A stretch of DNA of 64,000 bases from Epiperipatus broadwayi (Eukaryota > Animalia > Onychophora): contig JAQFVV010000007.1 of assembly GCA_028023455.1 (NCBI GenBank), forward strand, positions 8,618,001-8,682,000. The letters run 5' to 3'. The notes beneath the pieces are model-generated. The model was not told the origin of the DNA, made no database searches, and saw only the letters and a program-made list of their open reading frames with translations. Every line of letters begins with the position of its first letter. Position 1 is the stretch's first letter. Below are positions 49,941-62,253 of the stretch, piece after piece. A program made the position numbers and the translations under genes.

Positions 49941-51670
49941 ATAGCATATATAAAGAGTCACTGAGAATCAATACAATTATGATTTTAGTTTCTGCTTGAT
50001 AAAAATTGTTTAGTTGCTCAGATGTGAATTGTATTTATGACTTACAAAAATGTCAATAGCAGAATCTTTGCTTTGAATTAATAACTTTCAAATTTGAAAA
50101 TAGATTAAGTAGATGTAATGTGAACCTACCATCAATCACATTTGGACTCAAGGTGTTGCCACTTGACAGGATTTGATAATTCCTCTTTCATTCTGGTTAA
50201 ATATAGTCTTTCTTTTTTTAAGTATTATAAAAAAATTAATTAATTATATTTTGTATTTTAATTCATAATCTATGTGAAATTTATAAAACCAACACACACA
50301 CCTATGTGTGTTCGTATAAATGTGTGCATTCTTACAATATAAAATATTTTATATTACATATACAACACAAAAGACAGAATATCTTTTGAACACACTCTCC
50401 ATGTCATATATAAAATTTCATGCCCTTTTCTATCCTGTAGCTCTGTGTATTACAGTAAATCTCACACAGATACACACGTATTCATGTAATGAAGTTAAAT
50501 AAAATAATAAACACAAATCTATCTGTGAACTGGCAACAAGACACATCTTTTCTTCCTCCAATGTATGAACAATATATGCCAAAAGAGATGATAGCGAAAG
50601 AAAATATAAAAAGGCTTGGACTGTTGCAAGAGATCCTCATTCCATTAATAGAAAAGATTCCTGTGTCTCATTATCAAAAAATGGAACATCTAATTTACAT
50701 ATTGGGCCTGATTTACATATTGGTCTTCACCATTATATATGCAAATTTTTAATGACACAGTACTATGATTCTGGCAGCAATATGTCGAAAGCTGGTTTGG
50801 GGCTTTTAATACTTTCTTATTAGTTTTATTTACCTTTGCATATTAAATTGAACAGTACAATTTTGGTAGAATTACATAATTATATAAAAAAGTGTATATA
50901 CCATTGAGGATTACATATATCACTACAATTATTAATCAACTTCCAAATATTATTTCTTAAACATCTTTTTTTTAAAGGTGCACAAGTAATTTGCTTCTAA
51001 GAATCTAATATTTTTTCTATTTACAATTCTTATTACAAAGTCATTTAAAATGATTTTTAAATGGTATTTACTTCACTTTTCTTTATTTATAATGTTAAGA
51101 AAAAGTAAAATTGTGGTGAATCATGGAATGGTGAATCATAAGAGTCAATGACACACGTGTTTGTACAATGGGGAAAGACAAAATGGTGAACATAATTTGG
51201 AATTCCTTGGGCATGGGTGCATGCTTTTGCTCCAATTTGTGTGGAGGTGGTTGATGCTGGGGGAAATAATGGAGAGATAGTGTGTGGGGAGGCATGGGCA
51301 GTTGCAAGAGATGCATGCACATTTAATAAAAAAAGAATCATGTGTTCCATTGTAAAAAAAATGGAATATTTAAATGCCACATTTAAATAACATTAACTGT
51401 GAAATAAGACAGAACTATGATTCTGACAGTATTGGGCCAAAAGCATGCTTGGCACAATAGTAATTTTAAATTTAAATTATCTTACCTTTTCTTAACACCC
51501 ATTCCTAATGAATTTATAAATATTTAAATGTTTTTTTAAATTCTTCCACTTAATAATAACCACATTTACATTCTTCTATTATTATTTTTTTTAAGTTTAA
51601 ACAATGATGCCTTTCTTCTTTTAATAATCATATAATTTCTTGTTCTGTTCTTTTGTCTCCCCATCTGATA

Positions 51671-51996
51671 GGGATTTTATGCACAAGCCTTTTGGCATCC
51701 ATTGATTACTCTGGTTTGCACTGAGTGGCATTACTGTATGGTGAGTTTTGCCTGTTTTAATAACAGTTATGAGCAAGCTTAAGAAATGGTGATAATATGA
51801 TATTTAGTGGTTTAATACCAATCCTGCCTAATAGGATAGTGGTAGCTGTGGTTATTAAAGAACTAAAGATATCAAAATGTATGGGTACTGAACTGAGTTC
51901 AGACCTATATGACTATATAAGCTAATGAACTTGTATTGAAAATATTATTGTTTTCAATTTTATTCTCATAGTTTTGTAGTTAAGTAGAGATAAAAG
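51671..51996 (+). mobile_element. Family C partial unit lacking the HHR
   Basis: Collinear with 22797-23100. Confidence 0.8.
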
Positions 51997-52799
51997 ATTT
52001 ATTTAATTTCTGCCTAGGATTCTTCTTCAGATAGCAACAGCAAATCTCTTCACATTTAAAAGTATCATAGAAAATTAAATAAAGCATTGTGAAAAATACA
52101 GTAGAAGAAATTTTTTTAAAAAAATTATATATATACATCATTATAAATCAACTCTCAAAAGTTAGTATTATTTATTTTTCCATGCAATCACATGGTTAAC
52201 TGCACCTTCTCTTGTTAAAATGGTATCCAAAACATGATGTTTTTAATGAAATCCTATTTTATTCAATGTGATTAAGTTTTCATCTCAAAACATGCAGATA
52301 GAAATAAAATCATGACAACACAGAACTATATAATATTAAATTTACAGAAACCCAGTTGATAAACAAGTTTTCTAAAACCAAACTTGCTGAAGCAATTTTA
52401 ACAAATTTTAATGGTTTATGTGTAAAACAAAAACTAAAATTGTCATCCCTGATATCTTTGCAACTATTTTTGGCTAATGAAATCTTAGCTGTTTAATCTC
52501 TTGTCTATGTTTTCATTCATTCTGTACAGTTTCAAAAATTTTAGTAGGAACTTTCAATAATTTATCATCAGGATATTAATGGACATCTGCATTTATTTTT
52601 TAATAAACTATAAAACCATGTTGGCTTCTGAAAATATGCATATATTTAATGAACCAGTTAATAAAGACTGTAAATTGGAATAGTTACTAAAAGAACATTG
52701 TCAAGTCTTATGAATGAAGATGTGAAAGTTATAGTGGCTATATAGAACTACTCCTTCATTTGTGACAATGAAATGTGTTAGAATCATTATCAATTTATT

Positions 52800-53535
52800 T
52801 CAATCATTATAAATCCACTGCAAAATAAAGATATTTCCAAGTTTAATCCAGTTACTTCAATCTCCACCTGCTCTTCTCTACATCATATCAGCAAACTTTC
52901 TTATTTCATCCATTCATCTCAAATGGGGTCTTTTTCTACATGTTTCATAATCTTCTGGAGTCCAATTCATAATTTCAACTGTTTATTATCAATAATTTTT
53001 AGCAATATGTCCAACCCAATTCATTTCAATCTTTTAATTCTTCCAATGATGTCAGGAAAACATTTTTGTTCTCATCCATGTATTTTGTTTTCCACCTCTT
53101 GTTATCCCTAACAAATATTTCTCTATATTTCATTAAATGGTCTGAAGTTTTTCTATTGCTCTACTGTTCAATGACCAAGTCTCAGATCCATAAATATTGA
53201 ATGCTTCCTTTTTAAACATTAGACATATATTTAACACTAAATTATTTCTACCATAAGCCTCAATCCAGTTCTATTATTAATTTCATACAATATGCTTTCA
53301 TCTATATTAATAAACTGACCAAGGTACTTGTACTTGTTAACTTCTAATTTACGACTATCAATCTTTATTAACTCCTGGAAAAATCCCATGAATATTATGT
53401 TAGTTTTTTTTTTTACCATTTATCTTAGTTCTAATTTCTTACTTTCGTCTAATAACTCTTGCTTCTGGAAGCTCTGAAGCGTTATTTGCAAAAAACCACA
53501 TCATCTGCAAAATTTAAAAGACTTAAATAGTATCT
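52800..53535 (-). mobile_element. RTE-clade LINE 3' fragment
   Basis: Reverse complement gives FADDV.., YKYLGQFI, EINNRTG and the conserved RTE 3' end. Confidence 0.75.
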
Positions 53536-53699
53536 ATTTCATTTTTTTTTTGTTATTAAAACATTAGTTTTATTATTCTATGGTTTTACATTTTACTCAG
53601 TGGTTATAAATGTTTACAATGTAAGATCTTATATCCATATTATTATTTCATATATCTACCTTCAGCCAATCTGAGATGAGATTCCAAAACAGGTTAACT

Positions 53700-54200
53700 G
53701 GTGTCTGGTAAGTCCAATAAATTCCACGTGGTCTTAAATATTTCTAGTGAAACCTATCCCCCCCTCATTGGTCAAGTTGTATGCCTCCCAAAATGAGATC
53801 TTGTTAGCAAATGTTAGAGATGAGGGCTGTATATATTTTCCTATGTGCTCTCACACTACAGTTAACCATGTACTCTTGTTTGTTGGGGGGGGGAGGGTGA
53901 TCAGTGGGGATTACTGGGGTTATGTGCTCTTCATTAGGATATTTTTGGTTAAACTTATGTATTGAATTAAATGCTTTTTGAAAATTGGATGTTGAAATTG
54001 AGTGTAAGAACATTTCATTTAAGTTTATTGGCTTCTGCATCTTCCTTATGCTGATAGCCACTACCTCCCCCTCCCATAGTAGCTCGGAGAAAAGGGAATT
54101 AAATTTTTTTCTCAAATCCTCTGGTCAGGCTAATCCCAGGTAGGTAACACTTTATCCTGGGAAATACTAACATATTTAGCAGTGAGACATTCCCATGGAT
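53700..54200 (-). mobile_element. Probable L1/Tx1-like ORF2 fragment
   Basis: VTYLG followed by KKFNSLFSELLWEG..ISIRKMQKP, resembling the post-RT FIW...L..PK region. Confidence 0.4.
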
Positions 54201-54594
54201 TGATAGATACATTTTAGAAAGAGTGTTAGTTATTTTTTGAGTGGCAGCTAGAGTAGAGTCCTGAATATCCCTTCTCATCGCTGATGGAGATTTTGCAATT
54301 GGGAATCCTAGGAACTTTTACTTCCTGCTAGATTACTTTTGCATATATTTTAGTAGACTTCTAGTTAGTGATTGTTAAAATGTTTAAGCACATATCTAAA
54401 GAGCAGTTTCTAAAAATTCTGTAAAACAGAGTGCTGCAGGCAAAATTCAACAAGTAAACTTTTGACTATGGTTCTCAGTCTTAAAATAAATTTAAAAAAT
54501 CATCCTTTAGATATTTCATTAAACATTTTACAAATAATTAATCACTGAAATACAGGCTTATTATATATCTGTATCAATATATGTAATATATAAG

Positions 54595-54960
54595 GTATAT
54601 GAGTACAGACTTTCACACAATCCCCATTCGCTACTCTTTATCTCATATCACTGATACACTTAAACACATATATGTCGAAAAAATAAATAATCACCAATAT
54701 ACGTATTTCATGCTAAATCATCAATCAACAGTTGGTCCAGATTGTCATCTCTACACATATATGCAATAAGTGCTCAGATATATATTAAGATAGCCAATCT
54801 TCATACTTTAATGAACAGGCTTCAATCCACTCCACAATCCAACTCCTCAACCGTCCATCCAATTGAAAATCTGATCCCTGAGGCCAAGATTCTCATCACC
54901 CCATGTTGACCCAAAGTCAATCTGACCCCTCATGTACAGGACAGAATCCCGTTAATACAT
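54595..54960 (-). mobile_element. Family D unit with a degenerate HHR (54694-54735)
   Basis: Reverse complement CCAA-CUGUUGA-..-GCAU-GAAA-UACGUA-UA-UUGG. Confidence 0.75.
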
Positions 54961-55111
54961 ATACAGAAAATTATAAAAAAAATTTAATGAGATAATCTAA
55001 TATATAGAATTTTTATAAATCAGTCCTTGACCTTGTATTATTGTTTGCTATCACTGCCCATGATACAGTTTTGAAAAAATATATTTTTGACATTCACAAA
55101 GCAATGTTCCT

Positions 55112-55212
55112 GTCAAGCATTAGTGGCCGAGTGGTTAGCACAGCTGCCTTATAAACAGTTGTCCTGGGTTCGCTTCCCGGCAGATGCTTTGACACAGGCA
55201 AAAAAAAAAAAA
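55112..55212 (+). mobile_element. Short tRNA(Val)-derived SINE / retroposed tRNA-like copy
   Basis: A-box TGGCCGAGTGG, B-box GGTTCGCTTCC, poly(A) tail; imperfect TSD AAAGCAATGTTCCT / AAAGTATTGTTCCT. Confidence 0.75.
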
Positions 55213-57539
55213 GTATTGTTCCTTTTGCAAAATAAATTCATTAGGTTTTGGTTGTTCTTACAAATTATAAATATCAGTCAGTAATTTTAATGAATTCCAT
55301 TCTTTGCATATTTTGATTTTCTTCATAGCAGAAATCCTAGGTTAGTAATTTTGGCTAAATTTTGACTTTGGCACAGTTCTACTCGTAAACAGGCCATCGA
55401 TTTAAGATAAGACACATTTTATTGGTGGAAATGAGGTTGTGAATGTTATTAGTAAAAAAAAGTAAGGAACATGTAGCTATGGTTAAAAATAGAGTAAACT
55501 TTAAATCAACAGAGATAGGCAATATATATTTAATTTAACATTTAAAAAACATTTAATATAGTTTTCCAATATACTTGTAAATCTATATCAGATTTATTTC
55601 ATTACTAATATTTTATTTATGAGTAATTTATTCACTCGTACCAGCTTTTCAATACTAATTTATAAATCTTTTAAAATAAAATAAATGAACCATTTTATTG
55701 ACTTGTCAGAAAAATATCAATAAATAATATTAGAATAGTTTTTTACTCCATTGAAATGTTCACAAAATTTAATTTAATTTGAAAGTAAATTTAAAGTTAT
55801 ATACACAAAATATTATTACGAAAGAGAAAGCAAGCACACACACAAATGTTAGTTGAATTTGTTTTAGAACGCGCTATAAAATACGATATTTACAAGGATT
55901 ATATAACATGAGAGTATATACCAAGAATAATACCTATATATTACTATCTATGATAGAAAAAATCAAATGGTTTATTTTTGGGAGTTCATAAAAATTTCAT
56001 GCGATGCAGATGACAACTGGGTTATGAACCATGGAGCTTCGACTCCGGAGTTCTACCATGAAGCCATAGCATTAATCCTGCACAGATTTGAATTTAATAA
56101 TTTCATTTTATGGAAGTTGGATTTTAAAAACTTTCTACCCTTGATTATAGTATAATATATATATATATATCAATTACTTACAGACTACAGTAAAACCTTT
56201 TACATTTACACAGATGATATGAAAGTATATACATAAGATGATAACTACATTTTACTAACTACACAAAGAAATAATTGAATGATTTATTTCTCAGAAGTTT
56301 ATAAAAAGTTCAAGCCTTGGAACTTTAATAGAGGTAGCTGAACTATCAACCTTAATAGAAATTTCAATTAAATTACAGAGATTTTTAAGTTCAAGACAAC
56401 AATATGTGTGAAAGTTTTGGCTTATTTGATTTTCACCTTATTGCAGATAACACAAAAATATTAAAGTTGGGTGAAAATTTTGAATTCATTTTCAATAAAG
56501 TTGACTTAACCAAATGCAGCAACTCATAAATATGGGATAGATATTTGTTGACCTATGGAAGATGTCACTCATCTAGGGCTGGAATCATTTCTGATTATTC
56601 ATTTTCAAAACAATTTTATCTTATATAAAATGTCATAACAGTGGGATAGTCCTTAGTATTTCTGCCTTTCAGATCAATTATTTACAGTTTAAATGCACAC
56701 AAAATAAACAAATTCCTGGAAGATAAGAGTTTTAAAGCAAGCTTAGAATTTACTGGGCTTGGGTAATTTATCTTAAAGATTAGCAGTATTAGTTTCAAAA
56801 GTTCAAGATTCTTGGATTAACACCTCACTGATGAAAATTTAAAAAATCTCTCTACAAGTGAATGAATCAATATATTCAACTGACATTTTGACCAAATGCT
56901 TCTTTTTCAATGTGTATAATAGCAGCTTGGGTATATACAATCCAGAAAACAGTTTCACAACTTTATTAATTATCTGGAATTGAATGATTTTTCCAATAAC
57001 ATAAAATTGCCATAGTTTTGAAATACTTAAACACTTGCTAAGAAAATGGTTGATAAATTTCTCTTTTTGAACATTCACAAGGTCTACGATATCAAAATTG
57101 AAAGCAAAATGAGTTACATCAGAGAATTTGTTTTTAACAAGATGTTACAAAAAAAAAAGAAACCAGTCCATATTAAGAATATCATGCTGCCAATAGGAAG
57201 AGGGAGATTCAACCTCTAGCTCACTTGATGAGTAATGACTGTTTGTGAAATGTGTGCATAGTAAAAGAGGATGGTCTGAGGATCTGCACTGGTGATTGGT
57301 TGTGATATAACATATAAAAAAAATTCAAAAAATATCATTGTAGTGCAATCATTATTCAATCTTCTACAAGGAACTGAAGAGTTGATAGAACCAATATCCA
57401 CCTGATGTAAGAGCATTTCACAAAAAGTTATTCAGTAATCAACATGAGCATGCATAGTGAGAGAGGGTGGTCTGAGTTTCTGCTTTGGTTGATGGGTGTA
57501 ATGTGACAGAATTGGTAAAGACTCCAAAATAAAATTTGA

Positions 57540-57660
57540 ACAAAGAAAATTGTATATATATATATATATATATATTTATACTGGAGAAGAATAAAATTTT
57601 AACAAAGAAAATTGTATATATATATATATATATATATTTATACTGGAGAAGAATAAATGC
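57540..57660. repeat. About 61-bp tandem duplication containing (TA)n
   Basis: CAAAGAAAATTG(TA)nTTTATACTGGAGAAGAATAAA occurs twice. Confidence 0.9.
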
Positions 57661-59973
57661 TTTAATATCAATGGAGATAGGATTTAACATAATTCACTTG
57701 CAATAGAAACAATACACCACTTTAACTGTTCCAGATGGTCTACTCCAAGCTCAAGTTTTTTCTGGACACTAAGGGTAATGCAACATCCCAAAGATAAAAG
57801 TTAAAAGAGGATATTTCTTCACAGTAAAATAACTACTGGAAGCAAATTAGCTATATATAAATCTATTATTTTGTCTATGGAAGTGGATCTTGGGCCTTGT
57901 ACTGATATATTATAAAAACAATATTAATTTATAAATGTTCAATAAAAGTTTAAAAATACATTGGAAGAATTACAACATCAACCAAACAGTTCTTTAACTG
58001 GCTTGCCTATAGACTCCACTATTAACATTATTACATTTCCATCAGATTGGACATGTAAAATGAATAAACATTTTATGGTGCACTTGAAAGGCAAACCCAT
58101 ATACATTATAAATGTTATTAATTTAAATAAGACTTATACGGAATTTGAGTATACTGAGCATACTTTATACTCTTTGACATTTCTGTGACATATAGTCAGA
58201 TTGTCCATGAATATGACATGAAAATGGTTAAAGTATATTCAGTACAATTATATCATTAAAATTTTATATTTAAACTCTGTATTATTTTACATTAATATCT
58301 AGAATGGCAGAGTATGTAAATGTAATTGTAAATGTTATCTGAAAGATATTCTTCAGAACAGCAATATTGATTATTTTCATCTGGTAGATAATAGAATACA
58401 TTGGAGAGTTACAAATAGAAATGGCATTTAAGTATTTTAGAGAGAATTTTTTGGCAAAAAAATTTAAAGAGATAGTTTCATTAATGTTTAATCAACATAA
58501 TAATGGCATATCATGCGTATTTGTGTTTCACAGATTGATATGCATAGTCCAAATTCATTCATCTCTAATATGCCCTGCACAGTTTGGTTGCAGTAGATAG
58601 AGCTTTCAATGTGGGATAATGTGAATGTATTTGTGGCTCATGGATTAGATTTGCACAATCAAAATTTGTCTCTAATATGTCCTCCACAGTTTGGTGCAGT
58701 ACATAGAATATCCAATTTGGGACTGGGAGATGCCAGAATTCCAGCAATAGCTGGTCTGGTATTCGAACTTCTTGCAAACTCCAGAGCAATAAAACCATAC
58801 GCCTTTTTTAAATCTCTAATGTACATTTTTTTTATTTTGTCTATTTTTTCTTTATTTTGAATTGGAATGACCATACCCTTTTGTAAAATATTTTTACTGA
58901 CGATGATGATGTTTATCTTGAAATTCGAATGGCCATGCCCGTTTGCAAATCGTTGCTATTGATGATGATTTACACGTTTTTGCCTTCTTCAGTATTTAGA
59001 AATATCCAAGAGCGTTATGCTAATACCACAATTTGTTCTTTATAGATATATAATTAACAACCGCTACTTTAAAACAAATTCTAATTCGAAAGGTCAAAGC
59101 GATTATGTTATTTACAGAAAGAGTTTTACGGACTTGAATTTCTAAAAAAAAATTATACTTTATGAAATAAAATAATGAGAACATCTGCTATTTGCTCGAG
59201 AAAATTTAGTATACAAGAATAATGCATTATTTATGACAGAACACACATTTTGAACTCATATATCAAAATACAATGAAAAAGTTATCTTTCACATTGAGAA
59301 AATTTTCACCATAAATCTCTTTCACCGCACAAGTGAAAAGGAAAAGTTGCTTTCTCTAAAAGTGTTTATGAACTCAGCAAAATATAAAGATAGAAGAAAT
59401 CTATTAATCACTCCAACTGCTTTCCATTTTTAAATCGTAAAGTTTCAAGTTGACCAGAACAAAAATCTAAAAGAGAAAATCAGTAAATAGAAATCAAAAC
59501 AGCTGTTAACAGTGTTTTTTATACGTATTGGCAGGTGGTAGTTGATTACAGATTAGGTTCACATATTCAGTTTCCAGTAATTCATATGATGACAGCATTT
59601 AAGAAATCTACCCATGAATAGTTGGTTCTGTTGGCGAGTAAATTTTCTGTAAGGAATATTCATATAGAAACATTTCCTGTTCTTGTTTATAAATGTTTGT
59701 AACTAATTATTCCCAAGTCATTCATTTGATGATGAAGATGGTGAAAAAAAAAGTGCAGCTATAACTATGGCATCAGATAAAAGTCTTTTACGTTGCTGAG
59801 GTACTGATAAAAGAAAATGAAAGAAAATCCATATCAAGAGATATTATATCATAAATAAAGCATTTTTCTAGTTTTCCATCTTACTCATTTAAGTTTATAA
59901 TTGTTAATAACCTATACTGACTTTCTCTCATAAAAATTTGAACTGTAATTTATCTGTAGCAATACAAAATCAG

Positions 59974-60080
59974 GTCAAGCATTGGTGATCGAGTGGTTAG
60001 CACGACCGCCTTACAAGCAGTTGTCCTGGGTTTGTGAATTCGCTTCCCGGACGATGCTTTGACACATAAAAAAAAAAAAA
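59974..60080 (+). mobile_element. Second copy of the short tRNA(Val, TAC)-derived SINE
   Basis: Anticodon loop CTTACAA, poly(A) tail; TSD AATACAAAATCAG (59961) / AATACAAAATTAG (60079). Confidence 0.78.
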
Positions 60081-61949
60081 TACAAAATTAGTAACACATA
60101 AGGTATCCCAATGAAAGGTGATCCATGAAGGTATTAAACATATTGCCACATTTCAAATCGTAATTTGTGATGCAATACACCAATGCTTTAAATTTTCTTA
60201 TTAAATAGCTTAATTAAACCACTATGTAACTTATGTATTGATTCACAGAAGATGTTGCAAAAAGAACTGATCACATTTTACTGAACCTACTATGTATATG
60301 CCATATGTATATGTGATACAGTTTATATATATATAAACTGTTTTTTGCATAACATTTTGTAACAGAAGAAAATTGTGTTCATACCACTACATAACTAAAG
60401 AAATCTTACTTTTTTTGCATTCAACCCAAAACTGTGAATGTTAGTTATATTGTGTTCAGATTTACACAGTGTTTAAATTTTCAAGCAATAAGTCCCTTAT
60501 AATCGAAGGATATTCAAAAGAGGCAACTAAAGTGGGAAATATGCAAACACTTCATTTCATTACCAGAAAATGACCAATTAGTTAGAATCTAATTAAGTAT
60601 AGGTGGGACCTGTCACTACCTAGTCAGGTCTTCCATGGGATATAACTATACTATTCATGTTTTACAAAAAAATAATAAAAGATTTTATAAAGTTTAAGAT
60701 TAAAATCTTTATGAAATGTGAACAGCTGAAATGAAATACAGATGTCTAACAAAAAATTATCCTTTCTTGTAATCATTTTAATCTTATCCCATTTTATCAT
60801 TTCAAGTTAGACCTTTTCAGGGAATGTTTCTAATCTACAATGTGTGACAAATGATTAGTCATCTCTACATGCTGTCATGATATTATCTCAACATCTACAC
60901 ATGTTATGGAGTGACATACATTAGCTTTTCAAAAAAAATTCCAAGTGGTAGCATGTCTGAATCATAAGTTATGACAGAAAATGTGACAGTGAAAATTTAT
61001 AGGTTGTCTTCAATACCCACTCTGCATTATAAAATCTCGCAAACTATTTGAAAATGTTTTTATGCCTCATAACTTTACTATCATATATAGTTTGAATTAT
61101 TTCAAATATTTCAGAAGCAATTTTACACAATTAAAGGCAAAAGACAATGCTAGAATACTGTGAATTAAGGTACAAAGCACTCTGCCATATTTCATGTCAT
61201 AACTTATTATTCAAATATGTTAGTGTTTTAAAGTTTTGCAGTGAATAGCTAAGATACGACATGAATTGATTCAAAGGTGTCATTGCAGAAATTTTGGAGG
61301 GACAATCAGTCACCTTTTCACTGGGAAATACTGTATGGTAAAATTTTTGACAATATAAGTACAATAACATACATCCAATTTAATATTTTTTTAAAAAAAA
61401 TAAAGGCTGACTTTTGGCTTCTTTCTAAGATCTAACTGTATTGCAGTATTGGGTAATATTGGACAGGTAGATAATTAATAATTAAACAATGTAGATGTAA
61501 AATAAATAGTTAAATTATTGTAGATTGTACATCATGTCATAATAATCAAAGTTAAATAAGATAAAAAATGTTTTTTTATCACTTAGTATCTGATTATGAT
61601 TACCTTCAGACTATCAGTTGTAATTTTATATTGCTTTGGGTCCAGCCTATCTCTATTTAAGATTACCAACTATATCAATAACATCAGTAATATCAGTCTG
61701 GGTTTAAACCCAACCAGTGTCATAATCATTTGCTGCAGTAATAGATTGGCAATCTGAATTAAAGTCTATTCTGACATTTCCAGACCTCCAACATGTTATG
61801 ATATCTCAAATATCATCATCATTATTATTTACTTAATCATTCTTTCTCTGATCCTTCCTGCTTTTATTAACAAAGAGCAAATATTTTAACTCTACTCAAC
61901 ACCATTTACTCTAAGCTTAAGTAATCAAAAGATATCAGATGATATAGTG

Positions 61950-62253
61950 CAGGGGTAGTCAACCTTTTTATACCTACCACCCACTTTTGTATCTCTGTCA
62001 GTAGTAAAATTTTCTAACTGCCCACCGGTTCCACAGTAATGGTGATTTATAAAGTGGGGAAGTAACTTTACTTTATAAAATTTATAAAGCAGAGTTACAG
62101 CAAGCTAAAACATATAAATCTCTATGGAATTTTTTTAAAAAGTCAAATTTTTAAAAAAAAAAAGTGCTTCAGTGTCGGACAAAACCCCTACTGCCCACCA
62201 TGAAAGCTGAAATGCCTACTAGTGGGTGGTAGGGACCAGGTTGACTACCATTG
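61950..62253. mobile_element. hAT (Charlie-like) non-autonomous MITE, 304 bp
   Basis: TIRs CAGGGGTAGTCAACC / GGTTGACTACCATTG; perfect 8-bp TSD ATATAGTG at 61942-61949 and 62254-62261. Confidence 0.92.

Noticed and set aside
55112-55195. Functional tRNA gene
   Set aside because: Poly(A) tail, TSDs and a damaged anticodon arm indicate a retroposed copy.
58562-58860. GC-richer segment with an about 107-bp internal duplication and open frames on both strands
   Set aside because: No recognisable domain or consistent splice pair; left unassigned.
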